Of a stretch of DNA of 44,414 bases, positions 43,980 to 44,414 are shown piece after piece. Position numbers and translations under genes: made by a program. Origin of the DNA: Bacteroidales bacterium. Lineage in GTDB: Bacteria > Bacteroidota > Bacteroidia > Bacteroidales > VadinHA17. The notes beneath the pieces were generated by a model that did not search any database, was not told where the DNA came from, and saw only the letters and a program-made list of their open reading frames with translations. Numbering within the stretch: position 1 is the first letter of the stretch; the number at the start of each line of letters is the position of its first letter. Location: NCBI GenBank assembly GCA_003162595.1, contig PMNJ01000345.1, positions 1-44,414 on the forward strand, written 5' to 3'.

Positions 43980-44414
43980 TCATTGCAGAACTTTAATTCT
44001 TATGACTGAAAATGAATATGGTGCAAGTACCTGATTTACAGCACTCCCTTTGAGCACAATCTCGCTTTCAACCGGACTTATCAGGGTTGGCTGTTCCAGC
44101 GAATTGACCTTATTAAGGTCTTCGCTTTTCAGAACTATCATTTTAGCTTTTGTCCCCAGCTTTTTGGAGCTTTTAAGAACGATATCAGCAGCCTGAGCCT
44201 TCTGATCCGAATTGACCAGTTTCAAGATAATTTCATTTGAATTTTTATCGTAAGCGGCCGAAGCAAACAGTCCATTTTGTCCTGTCAGAGGTTTGTCTTC
44301 CCGGAGCATTGGCAAAACCTCTGTTCCCTTATTATTGGAAAATAATTTCTGAACATAATAATTTGGTGTTCCGTATGATCTCAGATTATCAAACCATATG
44401 AGATCAGGTGTCCA
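43980..44414 (-). CDS. GH51 alpha-L-arabinofuranosidase, C-terminal part. Partial: the 5' end is beyond the window.
   Basis: The frame is open to the window edge. Translation from 44414 reads WTPDLIWFDNLRSYGTPNYYVQKLFSNNKGTEVLP..., a hallmark of the GH51 C-terminal region. It ends ...NSLEQPTLISPVES...LAPYSFSVIRIKVLQ*. Confidence 0.85.
   Translation of the reverse strand, partial: WTPDLIWFDNLRSYGTPNYYVQKLFSNNKGTEVLPMLREDKPLTGQNGLFASAAYDKNSNEIILKLVNSDQKAQAADIVLKSSKKLGTKAKMIVLKSEDLNKVNSLEQPTLISPVESEIVLKGSAVNQVLAPYSFSVIRIKVLQ

Noticed and set aside
1-44414. CRISPR arrays, tRNA/rRNA genes, prophage, integrase or transposase genes, toxin-antitoxin or defence-system gene pairs
   Set aside because: I scanned the spacers and the ORF list. 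There are no regularly spaced direct repeats, no cloverleaf-like or rRNA-like segments in the intergenic regions, and no ORF with recombinase, nuclease or ATPase defence hallmarks. Every long ORF is accounted for by carbohydrate-related functions.

Overview
This is a Bacteroidota-style glycan-utilisation region, and every supported gene but one (1868-3643) lies on the minus strand. The core is an ECF sigma factor (31135-31722), a FecR anti-sigma factor (29804-30892), a SusC with an STN domain (26177-29653) and a SusD (24372-26156). A strong intrinsic terminator follows susD. After it comes a nine-gene enzyme arm: an unassigned 972-aa protein, GH2, a beta-lactamase-fold serine hydrolase, a beta-helix protein, GH29, a 1117-aa DUF5107-TPR protein, an unassigned clan-GH-A-like protein, a second GH29 and a rhamnose-mutarotase-family protein. 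Upstream of the sigma factor is an exo-glycosidase block: GH51 (partial), GH95, GH35-like/DUF5597, GH31, a decayed GH fragment, GH78 and an AraA/FucI-family isomerase. The left end holds a decayed manC fragment, a GRP/DMT-type sugar transporter, and an FGGY kinase convergent with a GlpD-like FAD dehydrogenase in a visibly G+C-richer block. It ends with a GDP-mannose 3,5-epimerase homologue and a partial cytidylyltransferase/GHMP-kinase fusion. I saw no rRNA, tRNA, CRISPR array, transposase or integrase. The best candidates for undescribed biology are: (i) four large secreted proteins without an assignable CAZy family inside one sigma/anti-sigma-controlled PUL; (ii) a kinase plus GlpD-like dehydrogenase plus transporter module resembling the erythritol EryA/EryB logic; (iii) a possible L-galactose/L-fucose nucleotide-sugar module (GME plus a nucleotidyltransferase-kinase fusion); and (iv) a family of four same-orientation intergenic repeat copies, two of them near-identical although about 30 kb apart. 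All family calls rest on remembered motifs and by-eye comparison; no database search was possible.
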